The notes: generated by a model not told the origin, from the letters alone. Shown: positions 52,783 to 64,000, numbered from the stretch's first letter. The stretch is 64,000 bases of DNA from Steroidobacteraceae bacterium (GCA_017853555.1 JAFMJH010000006.1:41585-105584), one strand, 5' to 3'. Numbers and translations: made by a program.

Positions 52783-53325
52783 TCAGCGCTTCCCGTATAC
52801 GAGCTCGACGCGACGATTCATCGCCATCGATTCTTCGTCATCCGCCGCGGCTGCGGGACGCTCTTCGCCGTAGCTCACGGTGCTGATCTGTCCGTCGGAC
52901 ACGCCCTGCAATCCGAGCGCGGCACGCACGGCTTGCGCACGACGCTCGCCCAAGCCGATGTTGTATTCACGCGTGCCACGCTGATCGGTGTGACCCTCGA
53001 GGCGCACCGCCACGTTCGAGCGACCCGCCAGGAAACGCGCATGCGCCGCGACCAGCGCGCGATCTTCCGCGCGCACTTCCGAACTGTCGAACGCAAAGTA
53101 GATCACGCGCTTGTTGACGAGTTCGGGCGGCAGACCGACGTCCGCACTCGCGTCGTCGCCGACCACGCCCGCCGAGGCGACCGCACCGGTGTCCGCCGTC
53201 GCGGCCGCTTTCGACTCGACCGTGGTGGCCGGCGCCGATTCGGTGGAGGCTGCGTTGCGGGTGCTGCTGCAACCGGCGCCGAGCAAAGCGATGAGCGGGA
53301 GTACGAGAACGAGATTGCGTTTCAT
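52783..53325 (-). CDS. pal: Peptidoglycan-associated lipoprotein Pal
   Basis: Lipobox GAGC, YFAFD, EGHTDQRGTREYNIGLGERRA, SYGEERP and NRRV. Confidence 0.95.
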   Translation of the reverse strand: MKRNLVLVLPLIALLGAGCSSTRNAASTESAPATTVESKAAATADTGAVASAGVVGDDASADVGLPPELVNKRVIYFAFDSSEVRAEDRALVAAHARFLAGRSNVAVRLEGHTDQRGTREYNIGLGERRAQAVRAALGLQGVSDGQISTVSYGEERPAAAADDEESMAMNRRVELVYGKR

Positions 53326-53382
53326 GGGTTCGATCCTTCGAAGGCCAAAAGTTGAGAAGTTAAGTGCGGATTATCACATGCT

Positions 53383-54669
53383 TTACGGTGAAAACGGACC
53401 CCATGACGGGTCGCGTACGTCGCCACGGTCCGCTTTGAGCCGCTGCAACACCAAACCGTCGACCGAAACGGTTGCGAGCACGCCGCGTCCGCGCTCGCGG
53501 CCGGCGAAAATCAGCGTGCCGCCGTCGGGCGAGAACGCCGGCGATTCGTCTTCGCGTCCCGACGACAACACGCGCAGCGCACCGTTGCGCAGATCCTGCA
53601 CGGCGACGCGGTAGGCACTACCCTCGCGCGTCACGAGCGCGAGCGAGAGACCATCGGCCGCCACTCGCGGTCGCGCGTTGTAGCTGCCGCTGAAGGTGAC
53701 GCGCTGTGCACGCTCGGCCGTACCGAACCGCTGCCGGTAGATTTGCGGTCCGCCGGCGCGATCGGAGGTGAAATAAATCGTCGTGCCGTCGGGCGACCAG
53801 ACGGGCTCGGTGTCGATGCCCGCATCGTCGGTGACCCGCGTGTATTGACGGCTGTCGAGATCGAGCACGTACACGTCGAGATTGCCGCTCGCACTCGACA
53901 AGGTGAGCGCGAGTTTGCGCCCATCGGGCGACCAGGACGGCGCGCCGTTGACGCCGGGTCGTTCGGACACGCGCTGCCGCTCGGCCGTACGCACCCGCTG
54001 CACGTAAATCGCCGCACGTCGCGTTTCGAAAGACACGTACGCGAGCGATTCGCCGTCGGGCGACCACGCCGGCGACATCAGCGGAAATTTGGATTCGAGG
54101 ATCACGCGCGAATTTTCGCCGTCGGCATCGGCGACGATCAGTTGGAATCGTTGCGTCGGCGGCGCGCCGTCCACCGACACGTAGGCGATGCGGGTGGCGA
54201 AGGCACTTTTGACACCGAGAATTTTTTCGTAGACGCGATCGGCGACTTGGTGCGCCGCGTTGCGTATCGCGCCGCTGCGGGCGATGAGCCGCTCGAGCAG
54301 CAGGCGTTGTCCGTTCAAGACGTTCACGAGCTCGAAATCGACCGCGACCGCGCCGTCCATGACTTGCACGACGCGCCCGACCAGCACGTAATCGGTGCCG
54401 GCCGCGCGCCAATTGGCGGCGACGACGTCCGCGGCTCGCGTCGGCGCACCCGGTTGCCGATCACGCGCAAGCGCCTTGAACCGGCCGCTGCGCACCAAAT
54501 CGGCCTGCACCACTTCGGCCACATCCACCGCAGCACCGACGAACGGCACGATCGCGATCGGCACCGGATCGGTGACGCCGGAGGTGATATCGATGCGCAG
54601 CTGCGCCTGTGCCGTCGCGCTCGCGAGCAACGCGACCGCGAGCAAACCGATTTGCTTCCAATCAATCAT
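53383..54669 (-). CDS. tolB: Tol-Pal beta-propeller protein TolB
   Basis: PIAIVPF, TRIAYV, repeated WSPDG and FTSDR. Confidence 0.95.
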   Translation of the reverse strand: MIDWKQIGLLAVALLASATAQAQLRIDITSGVTDPVPIAIVPFVGAAVDVAEVVQADLVRSGRFKALARDRQPGAPTRAADVVAANWRAAGTDYVLVGRVVQVMDGAVAVDFELVNVLNGQRLLLERLIARSGAIRNAAHQVADRVYEKILGVKSAFATRIAYVSVDGAPPTQRFQLIVADADGENSRVILESKFPLMSPAWSPDGESLAYVSFETRRAAIYVQRVRTAERQRVSERPGVNGAPSWSPDGRKLALTLSSASGNLDVYVLDLDSRQYTRVTDDAGIDTEPVWSPDGTTIYFTSDRAGGPQIYRQRFGTAERAQRVTFSGSYNARPRVAADGLSLALVTREGSAYRVAVQDLRNGALRVLSSGREDESPAFSPDGGTLIFAGRERGRGVLATVSVDGLVLQRLKADRGDVRDPSWGPFSP

Positions 54670-55522
54670 TCGGCTTGAACCTCAATTCCAGATTGCGCTC
54701 GAACAACGACGGATCGGGCGGCGCCGGCAATGGCGAGGCACGATACACCGCCGCCTCGATCGACTGGCGTACGACTTCGTCGCCGTTGCACTCGAGAACT
54801 TTGACCGACACCACCGTACCACCGGGCACCTGCGTCACCGCGACTCGGCAATCGAGTCCGCTGCGCGCTGCCGCCGGCCTGATCCACGCACGCTGCACGC
54901 GCGCCTGAATGGCCGCTGCCCACTGCACGCCGAGTCCGCTTTGACGCAAATTCGCGACGCGTTCTTCGGCGGCGATTTGACGCTGCATGTCGACCTCGAG
55001 TTCCGCCCGTCGGCGGCGCTCCGTCTCGGCTTTCAGCTTCGCTTCAGCCTCCGCTTTCGCCTCGGCTTTGGCTTTGGCCTCCGCCTTGGCTTTCTCTTCA
55101 GCCTTCGCCTTGGCTTCGGCTTTGGCCTGCGCGTCGGCTTTGGCTTTCGCTTCGGCTTTCGCTGCGGCCTTCGATTTGGCTTCCGCCTTGGCCTTGGCTT
55201 GCTGCTGCGTTTTTTCTTTGGCGCGCGCCTCGGCCTCGCGCTCACGCTGCACCTGCGCTTCGTCGACCGCGGGCTCGGCGGGTTCGGGCGGCGCCGTCAC
55301 CGGCTCTTCGACGACGGGCGTCGGGGCGGACGACGGTGGCGGTGCGCCGATATCGCGCGCATCGACGACAATCGCCTCGACGGCCAACGCTTGCGGCGCC
55401 GGCGTGCTGCGTGACCAATTCCAGAAGCCGCCACCGAGCAGAGCGGCGAGCACGACATGCAACAACACCGCTTCGAGTGTCGGCCGCCAGCGCGGCGTGT
55501 CACCCTCAGGGACGTGGCGCAT
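54662..55522 (-). CDS. tolA: Cell envelope integrity protein TolA
   Basis: N-terminal TM helix with His, Lys/Ala/Glu-rich helical repeat and a TonB-C-like C-terminal domain. Confidence 0.88.
   Translation of the reverse strand: MRHVPEGDTPRWRPTLEAVLLHVVLAALLGGGFWNWSRSTPAPQALAVEAIVVDARDIGAPPPSSAPTPVVEEPVTAPPEPAEPAVDEAQVQREREAEARAKEKTQQQAKAKAEAKSKAAAKAEAKAKADAQAKAEAKAKAEEKAKAEAKAKAEAKAEAEAKLKAETERRRRAELEVDMQRQIAAEERVANLRQSGLGVQWAAAIQARVQRAWIRPAAARSGLDCRVAVTQVPGGTVVSVKVLECNGDEVVRQSIEAAVYRASPLPAPPDPSLFERNLELRFKPND
55041..55200 (-). repeat. Degenerate in-frame repeats encoding the KAEAKA tract of TolA domain II
   Basis: Repeated GCC-AAG/AAA-GCC-GAA/GAG-GCG units on the minus strand. Confidence 0.7.
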
Positions 55523-55955
55523 CGAACGTCGCAGGATCGGTCAAAAACCCGATCCGCTCGGCCCCCGCAGTCTTCAGGGCCGCCATGGTCTCGATCACTC
55601 GCCCGTAGGGCACGGCGCGATCACCTTTGACCAACACCGGCAAGGTCGGTGCACGCTCGAGCTCTTCGCGCACGCGAGCCTTGAGCGTCGTGTCGTCGAG
55701 CGGTGCCTCGGGGCTCGTGCCGCGGTTCAGATACAAGCGCCCGAGTCGGTCGATGGAAATCACCAGCGGCGGCGTGCGCGGATCATTGGCGGCGTCGATC
55801 GGCTCCGCGGCCGCTTTCGGCAATTCGACTTTCACGCCTTGCGTGAGCAACGGCGCCGTCACCATGAAGATGATGAGCAGCACGAGCATCACGTCGATGT
55901 ACGGTACGACGTTGATCTCGCTCATCGGTCGTCGGCGACGGGATCCCTGTGCCAT
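55506..55955 (-). CDS. tolR: TolR
   Basis: EINVVPYIDVMLVLLIIFMVTAP and VPYG. Confidence 0.95.
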   Translation of the reverse strand: MAQGSRRRRPMSEINVVPYIDVMLVLLIIFMVTAPLLTQGVKVELPKAAAEPIDAANDPRTPPLVISIDRLGRLYLNRGTSPEAPLDDTTLKARVREELERAPTLPVLVKGDRAVPYGRVIETMAALKTAGAERIGFLTDPATFDAPRP

Positions 55956-55967
55956 GCGCGTTCGACC

Positions 55968-56651
55968 TCAGGGCGTCACGGCGCCACGCGTCGCGCTGCG
56001 CTGCAGGATGGTCGAGAATTCTTCGATGAACGCGTCGAAGCGCATCTCGAGACGCCACACCTGATCGGCGTAGCGGTTGTACGCGACCACGGCCGGAATC
56101 GCCGCGAACAGCCCGATGGCGGTGGCGATCAAGGCTTCGGCAATACCCGGTGCGACCGAGGCCAGCGTCGCTTGCTGCATGCTGCCGAGCCCGACGAAGG
56201 CATGCATGATGCCCCACACCGTGCCGAACAAGCCCACGTACGGACTCGTCGAGCCTACGGTCGCCAATTGCGAGAGACTGTGCTCGAGGTGTTCGACTTC
56301 TTTGATTTGCTGCGCGCGCATCGCACGCCGCGCACCCTCGAGCAGCACCTCCGGCGCATCGACGCCCTGCCGGTGCAAGCGCAGAAACTCGCCGAACCCC
56401 ATGCGGAAGATCGCCTCGATGCCGCGCGCCGCGCCCGCGGCCTCGATGTCGCGGTGCAAGGTGTTGAGATCACCGCCACCCCAGAACTTCTGTTCGAAGC
56501 GCGCGAGACTGTCTTTGGCCGCGCCGAGTACGCGTCGCTTGCCGAAGATGATGGTCCACGAATAGACCGATGCGCACAGCAAGCCGAGCATCACCAACTG
56601 CACGACGAGGGTCGCCTCGCTGACGAGTCGGATGATGGAAAGATCGTTCAT
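55968..56651 (-). CDS. tolQ: TolQ
   Basis: SPYVGLFGTVWGIM and APGIAEALIATAIGLFAAIPA. Confidence 0.96.
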   Translation of the reverse strand: MNDLSIIRLVSEATLVVQLVMLGLLCASVYSWTIIFGKRRVLGAAKDSLARFEQKFWGGGDLNTLHRDIEAAGAARGIEAIFRMGFGEFLRLHRQGVDAPEVLLEGARRAMRAQQIKEVEHLEHSLSQLATVGSTSPYVGLFGTVWGIMHAFVGLGSMQQATLASVAPGIAEALIATAIGLFAAIPAVVAYNRYADQVWRLEMRFDAFIEEFSTILQRSATRGAVTP

Positions 56652-57043
56652 TGCAGATACTCCGCGATACGCCGCGGACGCAGCGTCTTCGAATCGACAC
56701 AGACGACGCGCACCTGCGCATCGACCAACAACTGCGGCTCGATGCCGTCGCGATGGATCTGCTGCGAGAAAATCGCAGCGGTACGACCATCGAGCACGTA
56801 TTGCACGCTCACCGCGAGCAGATCGTCGAGTCGCGCGGGCGCGCGGTACTCGACGTTCACGCCGAGCACCATGAAGAGGATGCCGGGGTCGGCCGCCAGC
56901 GCCGCTTGCGAATAGCCGCGCTCGCGCAGCCACTCGGTGCGCGCGCGTTCGAGGAACTTCAGATAATTGGCGTAATAGACGACACCACCACCGTCGGTGT
57001 CCTCCCAATAGACGCGCGTGCGCCACACGTACGGCACGCTCAC
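56648..57043 (-). CDS. ybgC: Tol-pal-associated acyl-CoA thioesterase YbgC
   Basis: [27 protein letters not shown]. Confidence 0.94.
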   Translation of the reverse strand: MSVPYVWRTRVYWEDTDGGGVVYYANYLKFLERARTEWLRERGYSQAALAADPGILFMVLGVNVEYRAPARLDDLLAVSVQYVLDGRTAAIFSQQIHRDGIEPQLLVDAQVRVVCVDSKTLRPRRIAEYLQ

Positions 57044-58080
57044 GATTCACCCTCGAACAAAGCACCCGTGCCCGCGCGTGCGGGCGCGGCGAGCCCGAAG
57101 TGGCGATACGCCGCCGGCGTGACCGCGCGACCGCGTGCGGTGCGCATTAAAAACCCCTGCTGGATCAGGAACGGTTCGATGACGTCTTCGAGCGTGCCCC
57201 GCTCTTCGCCGATCGCCGCGGCGAGACTTTCGATGCCGACCGGACCACCGTCGAATTTCTCGATGATGGTGCCGAGGAATTTGCGATCGAGATTGTCGAA
57301 CCCGACCGGGTCGACCTCGAGCAGATCGAGCGCCGCCACCGCCAGCGCATCGTCGATGGTGCCGTCACCGCGCACTTGCGCGTAATCGCGCACGCGCCGC
57401 AGCAAGCGGTTGGCGATGCGCGGCGTACCGCGCGCGCGCTCGGCGATGCGTCGCGCACCAAAGCCGGCGAGCGGCGCTCCGAGTATGCCGGCCGAGCGCT
57501 GCACGATGAGAGTCAGATCGTCGACGTCGTAGAACTCGAGTCTTTGCACGATGCCGAAACGATCGCGCAACGGCGAGGTCAGCAACCCCGCACGCGTGGT
57601 CGCACCCACCAACGTGAACGGCGGCAACGACAACTTGATCGAACGGGCGGCCGGACCCTCGCCGATCATGATGTCGAGCTGATAGTCCTCCATCGCCGGA
57701 TACAACACTTCTTCGACCACCGGCGAGAGTCGATGGATCTCGTCGACGAACAACACGTCCCGCGGCTGCAGATTGGTGAGGATCGCGGCAAGATCGCCGG
57801 GGCGCTCGAGCACGGGGCCGGAGGTCTGGCGCAGATTGACGCCGAGCTCGGCAGCCAAAATATTCGCGAGCGTGGTTTTCCCGAGACCCGGTGGCCCGAA
57901 AATGAGCACGTGGTCCAGCGCCTCGCCGCGCGCACGGGCCGCACCGACGAAAATATCGAGCTGTTCTTTGACGGGTTTTTGACCGACATAATCGGCCAGA
58001 CGCTTCGGACGTATGGCGCGATCCTGCGCCTCGTCTTCACGCACGCCCTCGCCGCTCACCAGACGATCGTCGCCGCTCAC
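57040..58080 (-). CDS. ruvB: Holliday junction branch migration helicase RuvB
   Basis: [23 protein letters not shown] and RGTPRIA. Confidence 0.98.
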   Translation of the reverse strand: MSGDDRLVSGEGVREDEAQDRAIRPKRLADYVGQKPVKEQLDIFVGAARARGEALDHVLIFGPPGLGKTTLANILAAELGVNLRQTSGPVLERPGDLAAILTNLQPRDVLFVDEIHRLSPVVEEVLYPAMEDYQLDIMIGEGPAARSIKLSLPPFTLVGATTRAGLLTSPLRDRFGIVQRLEFYDVDDLTLIVQRSAGILGAPLAGFGARRIAERARGTPRIANRLLRRVRDYAQVRGDGTIDDALAVAALDLLEVDPVGFDNLDRKFLGTIIEKFDGGPVGIESLAAAIGEERGTLEDVIEPFLIQQGFLMRTARGRAVTPAAYRHFGLAAPARAGTGALFEGES

Positions 58081-58685
58081 GTGGGCGCTCCCGAGGAACC
58101 GCGCGCCGCCGACTGCAAGGCGCGACGGATGATCTCTTCGGTCGATTCGGCGGCGTCACCCACCGACTTCACGAGCCGCGTCGCTTCGGCTGGCTTGTAG
58201 CCGAGGGCGACCAGTGCCGCGAACGCCTCGGATCCGGCCGCACCACGCGGCAAATCGATGCTCGCACCGCTTGCACCGGCTTGCGCGCCGACGCGATCGC
58301 GCATCTCGATGAGCAAACGCTCGGCCGTCTTGCGACCGATGCCCGGGATGCGCGTGAGCGCGGCGCTGTCGCCCGACTCGACGCAGGCCGAAAATCCGTC
58401 GACGCTGGTGCCCGACAAAATGCCGAGCGCCAGCTTCGGACCGACCCCCGACACTTTCAAAAGATTGCGGAACAGTTGTCGCTCCGCGTCGGTCGCGAAG
58501 CCATACAAGATGTGCGCGTCTTCGCGTACCACCAGATGCGTGAGCAAGCGCACTTCGTCGCCGACGCCCGGCAAGCCGTAGAAGGTCGACATCGGCGCTT
58601 CGAGTTCGTAACCCACGCCACCGACTTCGAGCAGCAACTGCGGCGGCGTCTTCGCGGCGATCCGGCCGCGCAGCGAGCCGATCAC
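58077..58685 (-). CDS. ruvA: Holliday junction branch migration protein RuvA
   Basis: [28 protein letters not shown] and LVALGY. Confidence 0.96.
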   Translation of the reverse strand: MIGSLRGRIAAKTPPQLLLEVGGVGYELEAPMSTFYGLPGVGDEVRLLTHLVVREDAHILYGFATDAERQLFRNLLKVSGVGPKLALGILSGTSVDGFSACVESGDSAALTRIPGIGRKTAERLLIEMRDRVGAQAGASGASIDLPRGAAGSEAFAALVALGYKPAEATRLVKSVGDAAESTEEIIRRALQSAARGSSGAPT

Positions 58686-59299
58686 GTCCAGCCCTCCGCG
58701 CCGACGAGCGCGGCGAGACGCCGATTTTGGGCGTGACACAAGGCGATCGCGAGCGCATCGGCCGCGTCGGCACTCAGCCGACCTTCAGGTTTCAACAACA
58801 CGCGCACCATATGAGCCACCTGCAATTTGTCCGCGGCACCGGTACCGACGGTGGCGAGTTTGACGGCACGCGGCGCATATTCGGCCACCGGCAACGTGGC
58901 GCCGACCGCCGCGAGCGCAGCGCCGCGTGCTTGACCGAGTTTGAGCGCGCTTTCGATGTTGCGACTCACGAAGACGCGCTCGATCGCGACCTCTTCGGGT
59001 CTATGGTCACGCAGCACGGTGCTGATACCCGCGTGGATGCGCGCCATGCGCTCGGCCACCGGCAAACCGTCGATCTCGATGCGTCCATGCGCAATGCACT
59101 GCAATCCGCCGGGCGCGACCTCGACGACCCCGTACCCCGTGAAACGCGAACCCGGGTCGAGACCCAAAATCCGCACCGCCGCGCCGGTCGCGATCGCCAC
59201 CGGACGCGCCGCTGCCACGGTGTCGGACTTGCTGACGGCCGCTGCCGTGGCGGAGTCCGGACGGTAGGCTCGCCAGGATTTGGAACGGTAACGCGACAT
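58682..59299 (-). CDS. ruvC: Crossover junction endodeoxyribonuclease RuvC (possible ~40-aa N-terminal extension; alternative GTG start at 59176)
   Basis: ILGLDPG, AIERVF, LGQARG and DAADALAIALCH. Confidence 0.92.
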   Translation of the reverse strand: MSRYRSKSWRAYRPDSATAAAVSKSDTVAAARPVAIATGAAVRILGLDPGSRFTGYGVVEVAPGGLQCIAHGRIEIDGLPVAERMARIHAGISTVLRDHRPEEVAIERVFVSRNIESALKLGQARGAALAAVGATLPVAEYAPRAVKLATVGTGAADKLQVAHMVRVLLKPEGRLSADAADALAIALCHAQNRRLAALVGAEGWT

Positions 59300-59404
59300 G
59301 CGTCCGCAGCCTCGGAAAATGCCGGGAAAAGACCCCGATATCATAGCCCGAAACCCCTCTGCGGCACATGACCGAAGAGAGGCTGGACGGCGCGTCGCGT
59401 GCGC

Positions 59405-60835
59405 TCAGCGATTGGGCATGTCGATCGCGCGCTTGTCGGCCGCAAGGGCCGCCTCGTGCAACGCTTCGGAGAGCGTCGGATGCGCGTGGATCGTGTGCTG
59501 CAAATCTTCGGCGCTCGCGCCGTATTCGAGCGCGAGCACGGCTTCGGCGATCAACTCGCCCGCCATCGGACCGATGACGTGCACGCCGAGTATGCGATCG
59601 TCGTCACGTCCGATGACCAACTTCGCAAAACCTTGCGCCGCCTCCATCGCGCGAGCACGACCGCTCGCCATGAACGGGAACACGCCGATCTTGTACGCGA
59701 CGCCGCTCGCTTTGACCTGCTCTTCGGTCTGCCCCACCCAGCCGATTTCGGGCGCGGTATAGATGACCGAAGGAATCACGGCGTAGTTCACGTGCGCGTG
59801 ACGTCCCGCGATGCGATCGGCTACGGCGACGCCTTCTTCCTTGCCTTTGTGCGCGAGCATCGGGCCGCGCACGCAATCGCCGACCGCCCAAACGTTCTCG
59901 GCGCCGGTGTGGCAATGATCGTCCACTTCGATGAAACCGCGCGCATCGACGCTGACGCCCGTGCCTTCGGCGAGCAACCCTTCGGTGTAGGGACGACGAC
60001 CGATGCAGACGATGAGCTTGTCGACCGTGAGCGACTGCGTCGCGCCCTTGGCGTCGCTGTAGCTCACCTCGACCGCGTTTTTCTTCACGGCAGCGCCGGT
60101 GACCTTGGCACCGAGCCGCACGTCCAGCCCTTGCTTGCCGAACTGCTTCAAGGCTTCTTTGGCGAGCTGCTGATCGGCAATGCTCAAAAATTCAGGCATC
60201 GCTTCGAGCACGACCACTTCGGCCCCGAGTCGGCGCCACACGCTGCCGAGTTCGAGACCGATGACGCCCGCGCCGATCACGCCGAGACGTTTCGGAACGG
60301 CATCGAATTCCAGCGCACCCCAACTGTCGACGATGTGCTTGCCGTCGAAGGGCGCGCTCTTGAGCGGCGTCGGCACCGAACCGCTCGCGAGCACCACGTG
60401 CGTCGCCGAGAGCGTCTTGCGAGTACCGTCATGCGCGACGAATTCCACTTGTCGACCGGGCAACAAGGTGCCGCGACCCTGCAGGGCGGTGACGCCGGCC
60501 GCCTTCAAAAGCCCCACGATGCCGAGCGTCATCGTTTTGACGATGCCGGATTTGCGCTTTTGCATGGCGGCGATGTCGATCGACACCTCGCCGGTCTTGA
60601 TGCCGTGCGTCGCGAACTCGGTGTGCGCACGGTGATAGAGCTCGGAAGATTCGAGCAGAATCTTCGAGGGGATGCAGCCCGCATTCAGACAAGTGCCGCC
60701 GAAGGTCGTCGAACCGTCGTAGTTCTTCCAGCCGTCGATGCACGCGACTTTGAGACCGTTTTGACCGGCACGAATCGCAGCCGGGTAACCGGCCGGACCG
60801 CCGCCGATGACGATGACGTCGTAGTGTTCGCTCAT
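59405..60835 (-). CDS. lpdA: Dihydrolipoamide dehydrogenase (E3)
   Basis: GGGPAGY, redox motif GGTCLNAGCIPSK, GAGVIGLE and HPTLSE. Confidence 0.97.
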   Translation of the reverse strand: MSEHYDVIVIGGGPAGYPAAIRAGQNGLKVACIDGWKNYDGSTTFGGTCLNAGCIPSKILLESSELYHRAHTEFATHGIKTGEVSIDIAAMQKRKSGIVKTMTLGIVGLLKAAGVTALQGRGTLLPGRQVEFVAHDGTRKTLSATHVVLASGSVPTPLKSAPFDGKHIVDSWGALEFDAVPKRLGVIGAGVIGLELGSVWRRLGAEVVVLEAMPEFLSIADQQLAKEALKQFGKQGLDVRLGAKVTGAAVKKNAVEVSYSDAKGATQSLTVDKLIVCIGRRPYTEGLLAEGTGVSVDARGFIEVDDHCHTGAENVWAVGDCVRGPMLAHKGKEEGVAVADRIAGRHAHVNYAVIPSVIYTAPEIGWVGQTEEQVKASGVAYKIGVFPFMASGRARAMEAAQGFAKLVIGRDDDRILGVHVIGPMAGELIAEAVLALEYGASAEDLQHTIHAHPTLSEALHEAALAADKRAIDMPNR

Positions 60836-60839
60836 CGCC

Positions 60840-62024
60840 TCAAACCCCGATCAACATGCGACCCGGGTCTTCGAGGCAGTCCTTGATCGTCACCAGGAAC
60901 TGCACGGCTTCCTTGCCGTCGATGATGCGGTGATCGTAGCTGACCGCGAGATACATCATCGGACGCACCACGATCTGGCCGTTCACGACCACCGGGCGTT
61001 CCTGAATCTTGTGCATGCCGAGAATCGCGCTCTGCGGCGCGTTCACGATCGGCGTCGACAACAGCGACCCGAAGGTCCCGCCGTTGGTGATGGTGAAGGT
61101 GCCGCCCTGCAAATCCTCGAGACCGAGCGTGCCCGAGCGCGCACGGCCGCCGAAATCGACGATCTGCTTCTCCACTTCGGCAAAACTCATGTTCTCCGCA
61201 TTGCGCAGCACCGGCACGACGAGCCCGCGATCGGTCGATACCGCGACGCCGATGTCGTAGAACTCGTGATAGATGATGTCGGTGCCGTCGACCGACGCAT
61301 TCATCACCGGAAACTTGCGCAGCGCCTCGATGCTCGCCTTCACGAAGAACGACATGAAGCCGAGCTTCGCGCCGTGCGATTTTTCGAAGCGATCCTTGTG
61401 ACGCGCACGCAGCTCGTTGACCGCGGTCAGATCGACCTCGTTGAAGGTGGTGAGCAACGCCGCCTGGTGCTGCGCCTGCAGCAGACGCTCGGCGATGCGC
61501 TGTCGCAAACGCGTCATCGGCACGCGCTGCTCCTGGCGCGGACCGGCAGGCGCCGGCAAGGCCGCCGCTTGCGACTTCGCGGCGTGCGCGAGCACGTCGC
61601 CCTTGTTCACCGCACCGCCCAAGCCCGAACCCGACACCTTGCCGAGGTCCACGCCCTGCTCATCGGCAACGCGACGTGCCGCGGGACCGGCTTTGACCGC
61701 CGCCGCTGCAGCGGCCTTCGGTGCCGCCGCGGGTGCCGCAGCCGGTGCCGCCGCTTGCGCCGCCGCAGGCTTCGCCGCAACCGCCGCACCCTCGTCGAAG
61801 ATCGCCAGCAGATCACCGCTTTTGACCGTCGCACCCGGCTGCACTTTGAATTCTTTGATCACGCCCGCCGCCGGCGCCGGCACTTCGAGCACGACCTTGT
61901 CGGTTTCGAGATCGGCGAGATTTTCGTCGCGACTCACGGCCTCGCCCGGCTGCTTGCGCCAAGCCACCAGGGTGGCGTCGGCGACGGACTCGGGCAACTG
62001 GGGAACGCGGATTTCGATGCTCAT
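60840..62024 (-). CDS. sucB: 2-oxoglutarate dehydrogenase E2, dihydrolipoyllysine succinyltransferase
   Basis: Lipoyl motif ETDKV, Ala/Pro linker, LTTFNEVD and DHRIIDG. Confidence 0.97.
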   Translation of the reverse strand: MSIEIRVPQLPESVADATLVAWRKQPGEAVSRDENLADLETDKVVLEVPAPAAGVIKEFKVQPGATVKSGDLLAIFDEGAAVAAKPAAAQAAAPAAAPAAAPKAAAAAAVKAGPAARRVADEQGVDLGKVSGSGLGGAVNKGDVLAHAAKSQAAALPAPAGPRQEQRVPMTRLRQRIAERLLQAQHQAALLTTFNEVDLTAVNELRARHKDRFEKSHGAKLGFMSFFVKASIEALRKFPVMNASVDGTDIIYHEFYDIGVAVSTDRGLVVPVLRNAENMSFAEVEKQIVDFGGRARSGTLGLEDLQGGTFTITNGGTFGSLLSTPIVNAPQSAILGMHKIQERPVVVNGQIVVRPMMYLAVSYDHRIIDGKEAVQFLVTIKDCLEDPGRMLIGV

Positions 62025-62040
62025 GAAAAAACTTCCTCGA

Positions 62041-64000
62041 TCAACGCTTGCGACGACCCGACGCAACGCTGCGCGTGTCGTCGGCGGACTTGGCTACGTC
62101 TGCGGCGAGACGACGAGTCTCGCGCGCGGATTCTTCTTTGGAACTCGAGTTGAGTGCGGCGCTGACGAGTGCCGCCTGCTCCGCATCGTGCACCTTGGCG
62201 ATGCCGGTCGCGGGCGCCGCAGCCGGCGCACGACCCGCGTACAGCAACTCGCGACCCGCGAGCGGGCGATCGAGCTGATGACGGATCTGGTACCAGGCGC
62301 CCTGATTCTGCGGCTCTTCCTGACACCAGACGATTTCTTTGGCGTTGCCGTACTTCTTGATGATCGCCTCGTATTCGGCGACCGGGAAGGGATACAGCTG
62401 CTCGAGACGCACCAACGCGACATCGTCTTTCTTCGCGGCCCGACGGGCTTTGAGCAGGTCGTAATAGACCTTGCCGCTCGAGAACACGACGCGCCGCACC
62501 TTTGCCGCGTCGAGTTCGTCGACCTCGTCGATGGCGAGCTTGAACGGGCCGTCCTGCAACTCGGCGAGACTCGAGACCGCGAGCTCGTGACGCAGCAGAC
62601 TCTTGGGCGTCATCACGATCAAAGGTTTGCGGAAACTGCGCAACATCTGGCGCCGCAGCAAATGGAACATCTGCGCCGGCGTCGAGGGCACGCACACGCT
62701 CATGTTCGATTCGGCACAGAGCTGCAGATAGCGCTCAAGGCGCGCCGACGAATGCTCCGGACCCTGGCCTTCGTAGCCGTGCGGCAACAGCAGGGTGAGA
62801 CCGCAGTAGCGACCCCACTTCGATTCGCCCGAACTGATGAACTGGTCGATGATGACTTGCGCGCCGTTGGCGAAGTCGCCGAACTGACCTTCCCAGATCA
62901 CGAGCACGCCCGGGTCGGTCGTGGCGTAACCGTATTCGAAGCCCATGACGGCCTCTTCGGAGAGCACCGAGTCGATCACCTGGAAGCGCGGCTGGCGATC
63001 GGCGATGTGCTGCAGCGCGACGTGCGCCGCTCCGGTTTGCTGATCGTGCCACACCGCATGGCGGTGGAAGAACGTGCCGCGACCGCAGTCCTGCCCCGAG
63101 ATGCGCACGGCATAACCGTCTTCGAGCAAGCTCGCGTATGCGAGCGTCTCGGCGCAGCCCCAGTCGAGCAACTGTTCGCCGGCGACCATCTTCACGCGAT
63201 TCGCGACGACTTGCTGGACGCGCGAATGCAAGGCGAACCCCGCGGGCACGGCGGTGATGCGCTCGCCGAGCGTCTTCAAACGTTTGCCGTCGACCCCGGT
63301 ACGCACGCGCCTCGCCCAGTCGACTTCCATGTATGGACTCCAGTCGACGGTGTACTTGTTGCCGATCATGCCGAGCGAGGCACGCGCCTGCGGCCGACCT
63401 TCGTCGAGTCCCGCGCGGTATTTTTCGACCAGTGCATCACCCTCGCCGCCCGGAATCACGCCTTCGGTTTGCAACCGATCGGCATAGAGCTTGCGCGCGG
63501 TCGGATGTTTGCGGATGACCGAGTACATCAAAGGTTGCGTGGCAGCCGGCTCGTCCGCCTCGTTGTGACCGAGACGGCGATAGCACACGAGATCGATCAC
63601 GACGTCTTTGTGGAAGCGCTGGCGATATTGCATCGCGAGGCGCGTGACGAACACCACCGCTTCCGGATCATCGCCGTTGACGTGGAAAATCGGGGCTTCG
63701 AGCATCTTGGCGATGTCGGAGCAATACATCGTCGAGCGCGCATCTTCGGGCTTCGAAGTCGTGAAGCCCACCTGGTTGTTGATCACGACGTGCAGCGTGC
63801 CGCCCGTGTAATACCCGCGCGCCTGCGACAGTTGCAGCGTCTCCATCACGACGCCCTGACCCGCAAAGGCGGCATCGCCGTGGATCAGGATCGGCACCAC
63901 GCGCTCGCCCAAAGCGTCTTCGCGACGCTCCTGGCGCGCACGCACCGAACCCTCGACCACCGCGTTGACCACTTCGAGATGCGACGGATTGAACGCGAGC
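62041..64000 (-). CDS. sucA: 2-oxoglutarate dehydrogenase E1, 5'-truncated by the window edge
   Basis: FNPSHLE at the window edge, [31 protein letters not shown] and [14 protein letters not shown]. Confidence 0.97.
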   Translation of the reverse strand, partial: LAFNPSHLEVVNAVVEGSVRARQERREDALGERVVPILIHGDAAFAGQGVVMETLQLSQARGYYTGGTLHVVINNQVGFTTSKPEDARSTMYCSDIAKMLEAPIFHVNGDDPEAVVFVTRLAMQYRQRFHKDVVIDLVCYRRLGHNEADEPAATQPLMYSVIRKHPTARKLYADRLQTEGVIPGGEGDALVEKYRAGLDEGRPQARASLGMIGNKYTVDWSPYMEVDWARRVRTGVDGKRLKTLGERITAVPAGFALHSRVQQVVANRVKMVAGEQLLDWGCAETLAYASLLEDGYAVRISGQDCGRGTFFHRHAVWHDQQTGAAHVALQHIADRQPRFQVIDSVLSEEAVMGFEYGYATTDPGVLVIWEGQFGDFANGAQVIIDQFISSGESKWGRYCGLTLLLPHGYEGQGPEHSSARLERYLQLCAESNMSVCVPSTPAQMFHLLRRQMLRSFRKPLIVMTPKSLLRHELAVSSLAELQDGPFKLAIDEVDELDAAKVRRVVFSSGKVYYDLLKARRAAKKDDVALVRLEQLYPFPVAEYEAIIKKYGNAKEIVWCQEEPQNQGAWYQIRHQLDRPLAGRELLYAGRAPAAAPATGIAKVHDAEQAALVSAALNSSSKEESARETRRLAADVAKSADDTRSVASGRRKR

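Noticed and set aside
55041..55200. Tandem repeats as a possible CRISPR or VNTR
   Set aside because: They are in-frame codon repeats of the TolA KAEAKA helix with no spacer structure. The same applies to the CpoB and SucB Pro/Ala linkers.
59300..59404. LexA/SOS box upstream of ruvC or radA
   Set aside because: No CTGT-N8-ACAG palindrome is seen in either upstream region.

Overview
A densely packed, high-GC (roughly two-thirds G+C by eye) core-chromosome segment from a Gammaproteobacterium. Gene order and proteins resemble the Steroidobacteraceae/Nevskiales/Xanthomonadales neighbourhood; this taxonomy is inference only. From left to right it holds: a partial PIN-PhoH ATPase; bepA-mlaA converging on mlaFEDCB; a divergent SUF operon (Rrf2 regulator, sufBCDS, sufU, sufT, Rieske ferredoxin, sixA); a sugar dehydrogenase-sppA-yhhQ-B12 radical SAM run; ffh-rpsP-rimM-trmD-rplS; a CorC/HlyC protein; radA; an orphan PP2C phosphatase; alr and dnaB; rpsF-rpsR-rplI; rnr-rlmB; tRNA-Leu(CAG); the nnr-tsaE-amidase-mutL-miaA-hfq-hflX-hflK-hflC-purA superoperon; queG; pcnB-folK-deoxynucleoside kinase; tRNA-Glu(CTC); LOG and Hsp20; tRNA-Lys(TTT); ruvCAB-ybgC-tolQRAB-pal-cpoB-queE-queC; and sucA(partial)-sucB-lpdA. 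I saw no integrase, transposase, prophage, CRISPR array or obvious pseudogene, and nothing here is a demonstrated new system. The most interesting signals are candidates: (1) an IscR-type palindromic operator across interlocked divergent promoters of the SUF and Mla operons; (2) a recurrent -10 hexamer 6-10 nt before SD-less start codons, suggesting frequent leaderless mRNAs; (3) an identical ECF/sigmaE-like motif upstream of bepA and hfq; (4) an uncharacterised B12-type radical SAM gene overlapping a queuosine-precursor transporter gene.
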